Below are positions 1 through 8,934 of a stretch of DNA of 39,288 bases, piece after piece (position 1 is the stretch's first letter; the number at the start of each line of letters is the position of its first letter). This DNA comes from Myxococcales bacterium (GTDB lineage: Bacteria; Myxococcota_A; UBA9042; JABWCM01; BTVJ01), in contig BTVJ01000067.1 in assembly GCA_045863395.1 (NCBI GenBank), positions 1 to 39,288 of the forward strand, read 5' to 3'. A program made the position numbers and the translations under genes. The notes below the pieces were generated by a model. That model ran no database searches. It saw only the letters and a list, made by a program, of their open reading frames with translations, and was not told the DNA's origin.

Positions 1-125
1 GCGCCGAGGCCGAAGCGCAGCGCGCCGAGGCCGAAGCGCAGCGCGCCGAGGCCGAGGCCCGGCGTGCCGACGAGCTGGCGGCCCGCCTCGCGAGGTACGA
101 GAGGGAGTTCGGGCGGCTGGAGTAA
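1..125 (+). CDS. 3' end of a gene with EAQRAEA coiled-coil repeats (tail typical of Uma2/DUF820-family proteins), partial
   Basis: Frame from nt 3 reads AEAEAQRAEAEAQRAEAEARRADELAARLARYEREFGRLE*, with TAA at 123-125 and a 21-bp tandem repeat. The family is inferred from the tail alone. Confidence 0.55.
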   Translation, partial: AEAEAQRAEAEAQRAEAEARRADELAARLARYEREFGRLE

Positions 126-174
126 CCGGGGAGAGCGCCGCCAGGAACCTGAACACTCGTTCCCCTGTTTTTTC

Positions 175-203
175 TTGACGCATGCGACGGAGGGTCCGAT
201 CCT
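175..203 (+). promoter_or_regulatory. Putative sigma70-type promoter of the kinase gene
   Basis: TTGACG (175-180)-N17-GATCCT (198-203), 9 nt before ATG 213, with no SD sequence. Confidence 0.35.
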
Positions 204-212
204 GCGCGGGCC

Positions 213-1388
213 ATGAACAAGGGACCGCTCACACAGCTCGGCAAGTACCACATCCTCGAGAAGATCGCGTCGGGGGGCATGGCGACCGTGCACCGGGCGC
301 GCCTCGACCTGCCTGAGGGTGCCTCCCGGGTGGTCGCCCTCAAGGTGCTGCACCCGCACCTGGCAGAGGACCCGGACTACGTCGCGATGTTCCAGGACGA
401 GGGGCGCCTGATGCGCCGCCTCGACCACCCGAACCTGCTCTCGGCCTTCGATCACGGCACCGTCGAGGGGTGGCACTTCATCGCCATGGAGCTGCTGCCC
501 TGCGTGTCGCTGGCGGCGCTCTGCGACCACCTGGACCAGAGAAAGCGGGCGATGGAGCTGCCCGACGCCCTGTTCGTCATCTCCGAGGTGCTCGCCGGGC
601 TGGCGTGGGCGCACGCGCTGACCGACGAGCGGGGGACGCCGCTCGGGGTCATCCACCGGGACGTGAGCCCGCAGAACGTGCTGCTCACCACCGGCGGCCA
701 GGTGAAGCTCATCGACTTCGGCATCGCGAGGGGGCGCAACCGGTCGGTGTACTCTGCGGTGGGGGTGGTCAAGGGCAAGGCGGGGTACATGTCGCCGGAG
801 CAGGCGGCGGGCTACCCGGACGTGGACGCTCGGACGGACATCTACGCGGCCGGGGTGCTCGCCTACGAGCTGGTGACGGGGCGCCTGCTCTTCGGCGACG
901 GCGATACGGACCGCATCAGGCGCCGCATCGTCAACGCGCCCGACCCGGCGCTGCCAGCGGACGCGGACCTGCCCGTGCCGCTGCAGGACGCGCTGACGAC
1001 GGCGCTGCGGCGCAACCCTGCGGATCGCTTCATGGACGCCGTAGCGTTTCGCACCACCTTGGAGGCGATCCTCGCCGAGCTTCGCTATGCGCCCGACCGG
1101 AAGCGCCTCGGAGAGCTTGCGCGGGACGTCCTCGAAGCAAAGGAGGGGGCGAAGCGCAAGGAGCGCAAGAGCAAGGAGAAGGAGCGCAAGGCCGCGGCGC
1201 GGCTCAAGGTGGTGGCCCCCGTGCCGAGCGGGGACGCGAGACCGGGTCGCACCGCCGTCCCGGGTCAGACCGCGGTCGTTGAGCTCGACGGAGACCAGGC
1301 CGCCGTCCGGTGGATGGCCCGCGCCGCCCTCGGCTTGATGGCCGCGAGCCTCCTCATGGAGCTGTTCGGGCTGCGGCTTCCGCCCTGA
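213..1388 (+). CDS. Hanks-type Ser/Thr protein kinase with C-terminal hydrophobic segment
   Basis: IASGGMATV, VALKVL, HRDVSPQN, DFGIA, GKAGYMSPEQ and DIYAAG motifs. Confidence 0.95.
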   Translation: MNKGPLTQLGKYHILEKIASGGMATVHRARLDLPEGASRVVALKVLHPHLAEDPDYVAMFQDEGRLMRRLDHPNLLSAFDHGTVEGWHFIAMELLPCVSLAALCDHLDQRKRAMELPDALFVISEVLAGLAWAHALTDERGTPLGVIHRDVSPQNVLLTTGGQVKLIDFGIARGRNRSVYSAVGVVKGKAGYMSPEQAAGYPDVDARTDIYAAGVLAYELVTGRLLFGDGDTDRIRRRIVNAPDPALPADADLPVPLQDALTTALRRNPADRFMDAVAFRTTLEAILAELRYAPDRKRLGELARDVLEAKEGAKRKERKSKEKERKAAARLKVVAPVPSGDARPGRTAVPGQTAVVELDGDQAAVRWMARAALGLMAASLLMELFGLRLPP

Positions 1389-1420
1389 GCCGCTCGGGTG
1401 CGGAACGTCTCCCTCTAAGC

Positions 1421-2326
1421 CTACGTCGTCCGCAGCCGCTCCAGGTCCGCCAGGGTGGCCTCCTGGTCGCACGCCACCACCCCGCTCGGTCGCAGGACCT
1501 TCAGGTGCACCGCGCTTCCGTCGCAGCGGGGGCAGTGGTCGGCGACCACCTCGATGGGCCCGGTCGTAGGGCGGCCGGGGCCCTCGCCGCTCGTGGTCTT
1601 GACCCGCAGCAGCTCCGCCAGGGCGGCCACGTCGCGCTGCTTGAGTGCCTCCACGAGTGAGTCGAGGCGGGCGAGCGGGGCCCGCCCGAGCCGCTCCTGC
1701 ACATACCAGCGGTGGCAGAGGCGGCAGAAAGGCGTCCGCGCGACCCCCATGGTGAAGAACGCGATGAGCCCCGCTGTGACCAGCCACTCCAGGCTCCAGA
1801 CCGTGAGCACCAGCGGCTCCGACAGCTCGAACGCCGCCATGCCCACAGTCCGCAGGCCCGACCCCGCGCGCAGCACGATGAAGCCGAGCAGCCCCTCGTC
1901 CCCGGTCTCGTCCCGCAGCAAGGCCTGCCAGGCCTCGTCCACCTCGGCGTCGGGCGCCACGTCTGCTGGCGTCCCACCGAGCACGTCCACGTCGTCCGAG
2001 CCCAGCAGCCCCTCCAGGCGCGCGTCGCGGTAGAGGCGGGCGAAGTCGCTCTTCGCGGCCTCATGGCGGCCTACCCAGGTGCCGAGCAGCACCACGAGCG
2101 ACACGGCGACGGCGACGACGCTGAGCACCCGCGGCATGGCGCTGCGGGTCAGGTAGACGGTGAGACCCATGGCGATGCCGAGCGCGACACCGATGGCGAC
2201 GGGGTACAGGAACAGGAAGTAGACGCGGCTCTCCAGGAGGCCGGCGCCGACACCCAGGCCGAAGCCCAGGGCCGAGCCCACCACAGCAACCACCGCCGTC
2301 CGCCACACCGCCTGACCGACGCTCAT
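1421..2326 (-). CDS. Hypothetical multi-pass membrane protein with two CxxC motifs
   Basis: About four hydrophobic helices; PFCRLCHRW and HCPRC motifs; GGAGG RBS upstream of the ATG. Confidence 0.75.
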   Translation of the reverse strand: MSVGQAVWRTAVVAVVGSALGFGLGVGAGLLESRVYFLFLYPVAIGVALGIAMGLTVYLTRSAMPRVLSVVAVAVSLVVLLGTWVGRHEAAKSDFARLYRDARLEGLLGSDDVDVLGGTPADVAPDAEVDEAWQALLRDETGDEGLLGFIVLRAGSGLRTVGMAAFELSEPLVLTVWSLEWLVTAGLIAFFTMGVARTPFCRLCHRWYVQERLGRAPLARLDSLVEALKQRDVAALAELLRVKTTSGEGPGRPTTGPIEVVADHCPRCDGSAVHLKVLRPSGVVACDQEATLADLERLRTT

Positions 2327-2547
2327 TCCGCCTCCAGGTCCAGGGGGAAACGATCCTCACGAGTCGAGCCGCTCCGGTGAACCGCCGGAAGCCCCGGCGC
2401 AATCCCGCGGGGGAGCGCTGGCCCCCGCCCCCGCTGGCCGCCCAGGTTCGAGACCTCGGACCTGGCCGCCCCGCTGGCCAACCCCGCGCCGCGCAAGAGG
2501 CAGGCGCGGGAGAGAGACCCCTGCGGAGTTACTGGAGAACCTCCACC

Positions 2548-3417
2548 TCAGGAGGGTCTCCGCCTTGCCCGAGGGATTGCCCACAACACGGCCAGCGCGG
2601 ACCAGAGGGCGACGGCTGGCGCAACGGGGCCGCCACATCCGCCAGACGACGTGGCGGACGCCGGCACCACATCCTTCTGCGATCCGGTTGCATCACCGGC
2701 CGCGCCGCCCGGCTCGACGCAGGTCACGAGCGCATCCGACGCCAGCGCGTAGTTGTATGCCTGCACCCGGAAGCACCGCGAGACACTGCCCTGGTGAACG
2801 AACGTGGTCGCAGGACAGCCCGCCAGAGCGAGGTGGTGCGGCTGACACGCGGGGCCGTCCGGACTCTCGGAGCAGATGCTGTACAGGATTACTCCGTCCG
2901 CCGGCAGCACGAACACACGCACGAAGTCGTTGGGGCCGGTGTCGATGCAGTCGGAGAATTTCAGACTGCCATCGCACGGGGTGCCAGCTTCGTCCTCGGA
3001 GACGATCTCGACGCGCTCCAGGACGGGCTTCGGCGGCGCCAAAGCTGGCGAGGCGCCCACCTGGAACGTGAAGGGACCGTAGGAGTGCTCCTCCCCGTCG
3101 TTCTTCAGCATGACGGACCAGGTCACGGTCTCGCCTGCGTCGAGGCCGGTGAGCTGCCAGCGCTCCCAGCCGATGAGGCCGCCGGCCCGGGCCGCCTCGG
3201 CGCCGTCAATCTGGACGGTGACCTCGGAGGCGCCCCGCGCCATGAGCCACAGCGAGGCGTTGGTGGGGATCCCGAGCGCACCGTCCGCCGGAACGACACG
3301 CAGGGGCGGTGGCGGCGCGGTCCACATGCAGCTCGCGCGCGCGCTGCCCGGCAGGACGTACGACATGAGCAGCAGCACGAGTGTCGTTGGGCCCAGGGCC
3401 CGCCACGTTTGGTTCAT
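2548..3417 (-). CDS. Secreted protein with MYXO-CTERM-like C-terminal anchor
   Basis: ATG 3417 follows GAGGG; signal peptide MNQTWRALGPTTLVLLLMSYVLPGSARA; tail SGGCGG-hydrophobic-RARRR. Confidence 0.75.
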   Translation of the reverse strand: MNQTWRALGPTTLVLLLMSYVLPGSARASCMWTAPPPPLRVVPADGALGIPTNASLWLMARGASEVTVQIDGAEAARAGGLIGWERWQLTGLDAGETVTWSVMLKNDGEEHSYGPFTFQVGASPALAPPKPVLERVEIVSEDEAGTPCDGSLKFSDCIDTGPNDFVRVFVLPADGVILYSICSESPDGPACQPHHLALAGCPATTFVHQGSVSRCFRVQAYNYALASDALVTCVEPGGAAGDATGSQKDVVPASATSSGGCGGPVAPAVALWSALAVLWAIPRARRRPS

Positions 3418-3566
3418 CGCTGTTCCCTCTGACGGCTCGACCCGCGCCCGATCATACGCCCGCCTTGTGGGAAGGCGCCAGCACGCCAGCCGAGCGCGAA
3501 CATTTGACGGTGCCGAGTGGACACGGGCGAGGCGAATGCCCACACTGGCGCCGGGAGGACCCGACG

Positions 3567-5771
3567 ATGGCCGTGAGCCGCACAGGTGCACTGGACGAGC
3601 GCTTTCGGGCCGCCGTGCTGGAGGCGCCGCAGGGCAGCGGAGCACTGGACGACCCAGCGGGGGGCGGCCTTCTCGTGCGCGACGTCCTGGCGCTCTTCGA
3701 GTCCCAGACGCAGAGCCGCCAGCTCGACTACGCCGCCCGGTGGCTCAAGGACCGGGGCGACGGCTTCTACACCATCGGGTCCAGCGGCCACGAGGGCAAC
3801 GCGGCGCTGGCCCGCGCCCTGCGGCCCACGGACCCGGCGCTCCTGCACTACCGCTCCGGCGCCTTCTTCGTGGAGCGGGCGCGGCAGGTGCCGGGGAGCA
3901 CGCCGCTGCTCGACGTGCTCCTCGGGTGCGCTGCGTCCACGGATGAGCCCATCGCGGGGGGGCGCCACAAGGTCTTCGGCAGCCGCCCGCTGTGGATCCC
4001 GCCGCAGACGTCCACCATCGCCTCGCACCTGCCGAAGGCCGTGGGCATGGCCGTCGCCCTCGACCGGCGCCGGAGCCTCGACGTGCCCGTGGCGCCGGAG
4101 CTGTCGCACGACGCCATCGTGGTGTGCAGCTTCGGGGACGCCTCGCTGAACCACGCCAGCGCCCAGACGGCCCTCAATGCCGCGTCCTACGCCGCCTTCC
4201 GGCACCACCCCGTGCCGCTGCTGCTCGTGTGCGAGGACAACGGCATCGGCATCTCGGTGCGGACACCGCCTGGGTGGGTCGAGGCGGTAGAGCGCCCCGG
4301 GCTCCGCGTGCTGCGGGCGAGCGGGCTCGACGTGGTGGAGGCCTACGAGGCGGCCGCGGAGCTGGCGGCGTATGTGCGGCGCACGCGGCGGCCCGCGCTG
4401 CTGCACCTGAAGGTCGTGCGCCTGCTCGGGCACGCGGGGAGCGACGTGGAGCAAGTGTACCGGACGCCGGCGGAGATCGAGGCCGCCGAGGCGGACGACC
4501 CGCTGATCCACACGGCGCGGAGGCTCGTGGGGGCCGGGGTGGCGCGGGACGAGGTGCTCGCCCTCTACGACGAGGCGCACGAGCGGGCCTTCGCCCTGGC
4601 CGAGGAGGCTGCCCGGAGGCCGCGCCTGCGGAGCGCCGCGGCTGTGATGGCGCCCCTGGCTCCCCACTCACCGGACGCGGTGGAGCGCGAGGCGCTGCGG
4701 GTGCCCCAAGGCCGCGACGGCTTTTGGGATGGCCAGCTCCCCGAGGAGGACCGCCCGCGCCACCTGGCGGTGCAGGTCGGGCGTGCCCTCGGCGACCTCC
4801 TCGTCGCGCACCCGGAGCTCCTGATCTTCGGCGAGGACGTGGCCCGCAAGGGCGGCGTCTACAACGTGACGGCGGGGCTCCAGCGCCGTGGGGGGGTGGC
4901 GCGCGTCTTCGACACGCCGCTCGACGAGACGTCGATCCTCGGCATGGCCATCGGCGCCGCCCAGCTCGGGTTCCTGCCGGTGCCCGAGATCCAGTACCTC
5001 GCCTACCTCCACAACGCCGAGGACCAGCTCCGGGGGGAGGCGGCGTCGCTCCAGTTCTTCTCGCAGGGGGCGTTCCGCAACGGCATGGTCGTGCGCATCG
5101 CCTCCTACGGATACCAGAAAGGCTTTGGCGGGCACTTCCACAACGACAACTCCGTCGCCGTCCTGCGGGACATCCCGGGCCTCGTCATCGCCTCGCCCGC
5201 GCTCCCCGACGACGCGGTGCGCATGCTGCGGACCTGCGTGGCCGCGGCGAAGGTCGACGGCGCGGTGGTCGCGTTCCTGGAGCCCATCGCCCTCTACATG
5301 ACCCGCGACCTGTTCGAGCCGGGAGACGGCCTCTGGACGGCCCCCTACCCCGCGCCGGGGGACGGCCACGTGGCGGTCGGGAGAGGGAGGGTACACGGCA
5401 ACGGCGGCGACCTGACGCTGGTCACCTTCGGGAACGGGTTGTACCTGTCCCTGCGCGCACGGCGGCGCCTCGAGGCCGCCGGAGTGAGCGCCCGGGTCCT
5501 GGACCTGCGGTGGCTCGCGCCGCTCCCCCAAGGCGACCTGCTCGAGCAGGCTCGGGCGACGGGCCGCGTGCTCATCGTGGACGAGACGCGGCGGAGCGGC
5601 GGAGTCTCCGAGGGCGTCATGGCGGCGCTCCTCGACGCCGGGTTTGCCGGGACCATCCGCCGCGTGGCTGCTCACGACACCTTCGTTCCGCTCGGCGAGG
5701 CGGCCAACCGGGTGCTGGTGTCCGAGGACGAGGTCGTGGGCGCCGCCCTCGCCCTGGTGGGGGGAGGCTGA
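3567..5771 (+). CDS. Fused alpha/beta ThDP-dependent 2-oxoacid dehydrogenase E1-like protein
   Basis: GGAGG RBS before ATG 3567; SSGHEG, HYRS, ThDP motif GDAS...EDN, GEDV, DTPLDE, EIQY, FLEP, DLRWLAPL. Confidence 0.92.
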   Translation: MAVSRTGALDERFRAAVLEAPQGSGALDDPAGGGLLVRDVLALFESQTQSRQLDYAARWLKDRGDGFYTIGSSGHEGNAALARALRPTDPALLHYRSGAFFVERARQVPGSTPLLDVLLGCAASTDEPIAGGRHKVFGSRPLWIPPQTSTIASHLPKAVGMAVALDRRRSLDVPVAPELSHDAIVVCSFGDASLNHASAQTALNAASYAAFRHHPVPLLLVCEDNGIGISVRTPPGWVEAVERPGLRVLRASGLDVVEAYEAAAELAAYVRRTRRPALLHLKVVRLLGHAGSDVEQVYRTPAEIEAAEADDPLIHTARRLVGAGVARDEVLALYDEAHERAFALAEEAARRPRLRSAAAVMAPLAPHSPDAVEREALRVPQGRDGFWDGQLPEEDRPRHLAVQVGRALGDLLVAHPELLIFGEDVARKGGVYNVTAGLQRRGGVARVFDTPLDETSILGMAIGAAQLGFLPVPEIQYLAYLHNAEDQLRGEAASLQFFSQGAFRNGMVVRIASYGYQKGFGGHFHNDNSVAVLRDIPGLVIASPALPDDAVRMLRTCVAAAKVDGAVVAFLEPIALYMTRDLFEPGDGLWTAPYPAPGDGHVAVGRGRVHGNGGDLTLVTFGNGLYLSLRARRRLEAAGVSARVLDLRWLAPLPQGDLLEQARATGRVLIVDETRRSGGVSEGVMAALLDAGFAGTIRRVAAHDTFVPLGEAANRVLVSEDEVVGAALALVGGG

Positions 5772-5774
5772 GCG

Positions 5775-6785
5775 ATGGACGACCCCCTGCGCGTCCTCCT
5801 GGTGTGCCCCGGCCGCGGCTCCTACGGCCGCGGGCAGCGAGGCTCCTTGGGTGAGTGGGCGCTGCTGCCAGAGATCGAGGCCGCCCGGCGGCGGTCCCCA
5901 ACGCTAGGCGAGCTGGACGCCGCCCCCTTCGCACCCTCGACGCACCTGGCCGGCGAGCACGCGTCCCTCCTGACCTTCGCAGCCACGGTGCGGGACCTGG
6001 GCGCCCTGGACCCGAGGCGCGCCCGCGTCGTCGCCGTCGCAGGCAACTCGTTGGGCTTCTACACGGCGCTGTACGCTGCAGGAGCCCTGCCACTGAGGGA
6101 TGCTGGCCGCCTCGTCGAGACCATGGGCGGGTACCAGGCCGGCGCCGTGGTGGGCGCGCAGGTGCTCTACCCGACCGTGGGGGAGGACTGGCGCCCGGAT
6201 CCAGAGCTGCGCGACCTGGTCGATGCGGCGTTGGCGCTCCCTGGGGTCTTCCCGTCCATCCACCTCGGGGGCACGGCCGTGCTCGGCGCCAGCGAGGACG
6301 CGCTGCCGGCGCTCCTGGCTGCGCTGCCCCCGGTCGAGCGGGGGCGCGCCTTTCCGCTGCGGCTGCCGCTCCACTCCGCGTTCCACACGCCGCTGATGCG
6401 CCCCACCGCAGAGCGGGCCTCGGTGGACCTCGCCTCCCTGCCCTTCGCATCCCCCACAGTCCCGCTGGTGGGCGGTGACGCTCGGATCTGGCGCCGCCAT
6501 GCAGACGCTGCCGCCCTCCGGGACTACACCCTGGGCGCGCAGGTCACGCAGACATTCGACCTCACGGCCTCCATCCGCGCGGCGCTGGGCGACTATGGCC
6601 CCGACGCCGTGGTGCTGCCCGGACCCGGCGACACGCTGGGCGCTCCCGTCGCGCAGATCATGATCGCAGCCGGGTGGCGGGGCCTCCGGGACCGGCAGGA
6701 CTTCCTGGAGGCGCAGGTGTCCCCACACCCTCCGGTCCTGAGCATGGCCCGCCCGGAGCAGCGCGCGCGGGTGGCGAACGCGTGA
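5775..6785 (+). CDS. FabD/ACP S-malonyltransferase-like acyltransferase (atypical active site)
   Basis: CPGRG (cf. FPGQG), GNSLG nucleophile elbow, HSAFHTPLM, PGPG; starts 3 nt after the E1 stop. Confidence 0.85.
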   Translation: MDDPLRVLLVCPGRGSYGRGQRGSLGEWALLPEIEAARRRSPTLGELDAAPFAPSTHLAGEHASLLTFAATVRDLGALDPRRARVVAVAGNSLGFYTALYAAGALPLRDAGRLVETMGGYQAGAVVGAQVLYPTVGEDWRPDPELRDLVDAALALPGVFPSIHLGGTAVLGASEDALPALLAALPPVERGRAFPLRLPLHSAFHTPLMRPTAERASVDLASLPFASPTVPLVGGDARIWRRHADAAALRDYTLGAQVTQTFDLTASIRAALGDYGPDAVVLPGPGDTLGAPVAQIMIAAGWRGLRDRQDFLEAQVSPHPPVLSMARPEQRARVANA

Positions 6786-7507
6786 CCGCGATCCTCCTCG
6801 CCGCCCTGGTGCTCTGCTCCTACACCGTGGGCACCCTGGCGGGCTTCGGCAGCAACGTGCTCATCGTCACGCTGGCGTCGCACCTCATGCCCGTCCAGGA
6901 GCTGCTGCCGATCCTCCTGCCCCTCAACCTGGCGCTCAACGGCTGGCTGGTCATGCGCCACGGCCGCCATGTGGATCGCCGCCTCCTGCTCCGCCTCGCC
7001 CTGCTCATGGCCCCCGGCGTGGCCGTGGGCGTCGTAGTGTTCTTCGTAGGCTCCGGCGCGCTGCTCAAGACCCTGCTCGGCGCCTTCGTGCTGTGCGTCG
7101 GGGTGCTGGAGCTGCTCCACCACGCCCGGGGCGCCCGCTCCCCGGCCCTCCCCCGCCTGCTGGCGTGGCCCTTGCTCGCGGTCGCCGGCGTCTTCCAGGG
7201 TCTGTTCGCATCCGGCGGCCCCCTCGCCGTGTGGGTCGTCGCCCGGGAGCTCCCGGACAAGGCGTCCTTCCGCGCGACACTGGCAGCCCTGTGGCTCCTG
7301 CTCAACGGCGCCGTCCTCTCGAGCTACGCAGCGGGCGGCCTCCTCGACGCCACGTCGCTGCGCGCCACCGCGCCACTGCTCCTGCCCTTCGCCGCCGCCC
7401 TGATCGCGGGCGAGCGCCTCCACGACCGCATCGACCAGCAGCGCTTCCGCCTCCTGGTGTTCGCGCTCCTCGCCCTCGGCGGCGCGGCGCTCCTCGCTTC
7501 ACGATGA
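6782..7507 (+). CDS. TauE/SafE (sulfite exporter family) membrane protein
   Basis: GTG overlaps the upstream TGA; about 8 TM helices; LAGFGS, GLFASGGP, FRATL and GERLHDRIDQQRFR motifs. Confidence 0.85.
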   Translation: MTAILLAALVLCSYTVGTLAGFGSNVLIVTLASHLMPVQELLPILLPLNLALNGWLVMRHGRHVDRRLLLRLALLMAPGVAVGVVVFFVGSGALLKTLLGAFVLCVGVLELLHHARGARSPALPRLLAWPLLAVAGVFQGLFASGGPLAVWVVARELPDKASFRATLAALWLLLNGAVLSSYAAGGLLDATSLRATAPLLLPFAAALIAGERLHDRIDQQRFRLLVFALLALGGAALLASR

Positions 7508-7580
7508 TGTTGCCGACTCGTCACGTGCCAAGGTCTGTTGTGTGCGTACATTGACCGTGAACTTCGGGTCGAGGTGCAGC

Positions 7581-7808
7581 ATGGCAACGCAGATCAGAGA
7601 GACCATCTGGCCAGACGCAGAGGAGGCGGCCGACGCGCCCCTCCCCTACGATCCGCGAGACCCGGACAGCGTGCAGGCCGCACGCGAGGCCCTGCGCGAC
7701 CGCCTCGGCCTCGACTACCTCCCCGTCCTGTGCAGCGAGCCCCCGAGGCGCCGCCGCGTGGTCCGCACCCTCCGCCAGAGCATCTCCCGCCTGCTCCGCC
7801 GGGGCTGA
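7581..7808 (+). CDS. Small hypothetical protein (75 aa)
   Basis: GAGGT RBS before ATG 7581; GC3-rich codons; no recognisable motif. Confidence 0.5.
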   Translation: MATQIRETIWPDAEEAADAPLPYDPRDPDSVQAAREALRDRLGLDYLPVLCSEPPRRRRVVRTLRQSISRLLRRG

Positions 7809-7948
7809 CCGCCCTGGAGGACACCCGTGCCCCATTCGCAGGATTCGCCGCTGGTGTCCGCGGCCAGCCTCGTACTTCCCGCGCAACTTCAGCCTTCGAT
7901 GCCCGAGAGGGCGCACCGCTCGCAGCGGCGCGGGCAGGAGGCAAGGGC

Positions 7949-8824
7949 ATGGCGAGGCGCAAGACGTGGGCGGGAGAGCAGCGCGCACCCTGGCAGTGGC
8001 TCACCTTCGAGCTGCTGACACGCGTCATGGGATCGGGCGAGCTTCGGCGAGAGGTCTCCGTTGGGCGAATTCCACTGCGACTCGACGCGGCGCTGCTCGG
8101 TTGCGTCCCATCGCCCGACTCGCAGAGGCACCTCCCGGACATCCTCTCGCGCCTCTGGCCCTGCACGCTCATGGAGTACAAGGGGCCCAGCGAGTCCCTC
8201 CGCGCGGGAGAGCTTCACCACCTGGTCGGGGGCGCCTGGCTCGCCCTGGGCACGGAGCTGTCCCACATCCACCACTCGGACGTGGGTCTCCACGTCGTCG
8301 CGCCGACCCTCTCCCGCGCCTTCTTGGACGACGCGGCGCGAGCCGGCGCGACCGTGCGACAGCAGAAGCCGGGCGTCCACGTAGTCGCCGGCCTCGCCTT
8401 CCCCTGCGTGGCGTTCGAGGCGCAGGTCATTGCCGGAGACAACCCGGCCCTCGCTCTCCTGGACCCCAGTTTCCTGGGCGACCCCCGCCGCATGGACGCC
8501 CTCATCGACGATCAGGACCTCCTGTGCTACGTTTACGACATCATCCGCGGGCTCGACCCCGCGCTGGAGGCGACAATGGCCCAACAGGACGCCCGCGCGC
8601 TCGCCGAGCTTCGGAAGCGGGTCCTCGCCCAGGTGCTCAAGGACTCCACCGCAGAGCAGAAGCTCAAGGGGCTCTCCCCCGAGGAGCGGCTCAAGGGCCT
8701 CCCGCCCGAGGAGCGGCTCAAGGGCCTCCCGCCCGAGGAGCGGCTCAAGGGGTTGCCGCCGGAGGAGATCGTAAAGGCGCTCACGCCGGAGGATCGGGAG
8801 CGGCTGCGTCGCCTGCTCCACTGA
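7949..8824 (+). CDS. PD-(D/E)xK nuclease-like (Rpn-like) protein with C-terminal LKGLPPEER repeats
   Basis: AGGAGG RBS before ATG 7949; REVSVGRIPLRLD...LMEYKGP fits E...D...ExK; four 9-aa C-terminal repeats. Confidence 0.7.
   Translation: MARRKTWAGEQRAPWQWLTFELLTRVMGSGELRREVSVGRIPLRLDAALLGCVPSPDSQRHLPDILSRLWPCTLMEYKGPSESLRAGELHHLVGGAWLALGTELSHIHHSDVGLHVVAPTLSRAFLDDAARAGATVRQQKPGVHVVAGLAFPCVAFEAQVIAGDNPALALLDPSFLGDPRRMDALIDDQDLLCYVYDIIRGLDPALEATMAQQDARALAELRKRVLAQVLKDSTAEQKLKGLSPEERLKGLPPEERLKGLPPEERLKGLPPEEIVKALTPEDRERLRRLLH
8663..8767 (+). repeat. 27-bp coding tandem repeat, about 4 copies (LKGLPPEER)
   Basis: CTCAAGGGCCTCCCGCCCGAGGAGCGG units; two are identical and two are variant. Confidence 0.95.
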
Positions 8825-8934
8825 CTCGTCCTCTCCGAAGGCCACACGAACGATCATGGACACCAGACTCGACGCGAGTCGGGTGGCCCGCCCCGGCTCG
8901 AACGATCCGCAGACCTGATGCCCGATGGCGCCCG

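Noticed and set aside
127..174. Possible intrinsic terminator after the first gene
   Set aside because: GGGGA/TCCCC arms and a T-run are present, but the stem is interrupted by a long loop and the T-run may belong to the kinase promoter.
2442..2465. GGTTCGA resembling a tRNA T-loop
   Set aside because: No cloverleaf with acceptor stem, D-arm and anticodon arm can be built around it.
8663..8767. Tandem 27-bp repeats as a CRISPR array
   Set aside because: There are no spacers, the unit is a multiple of 3 inside a CDS, and no cas genes are present.
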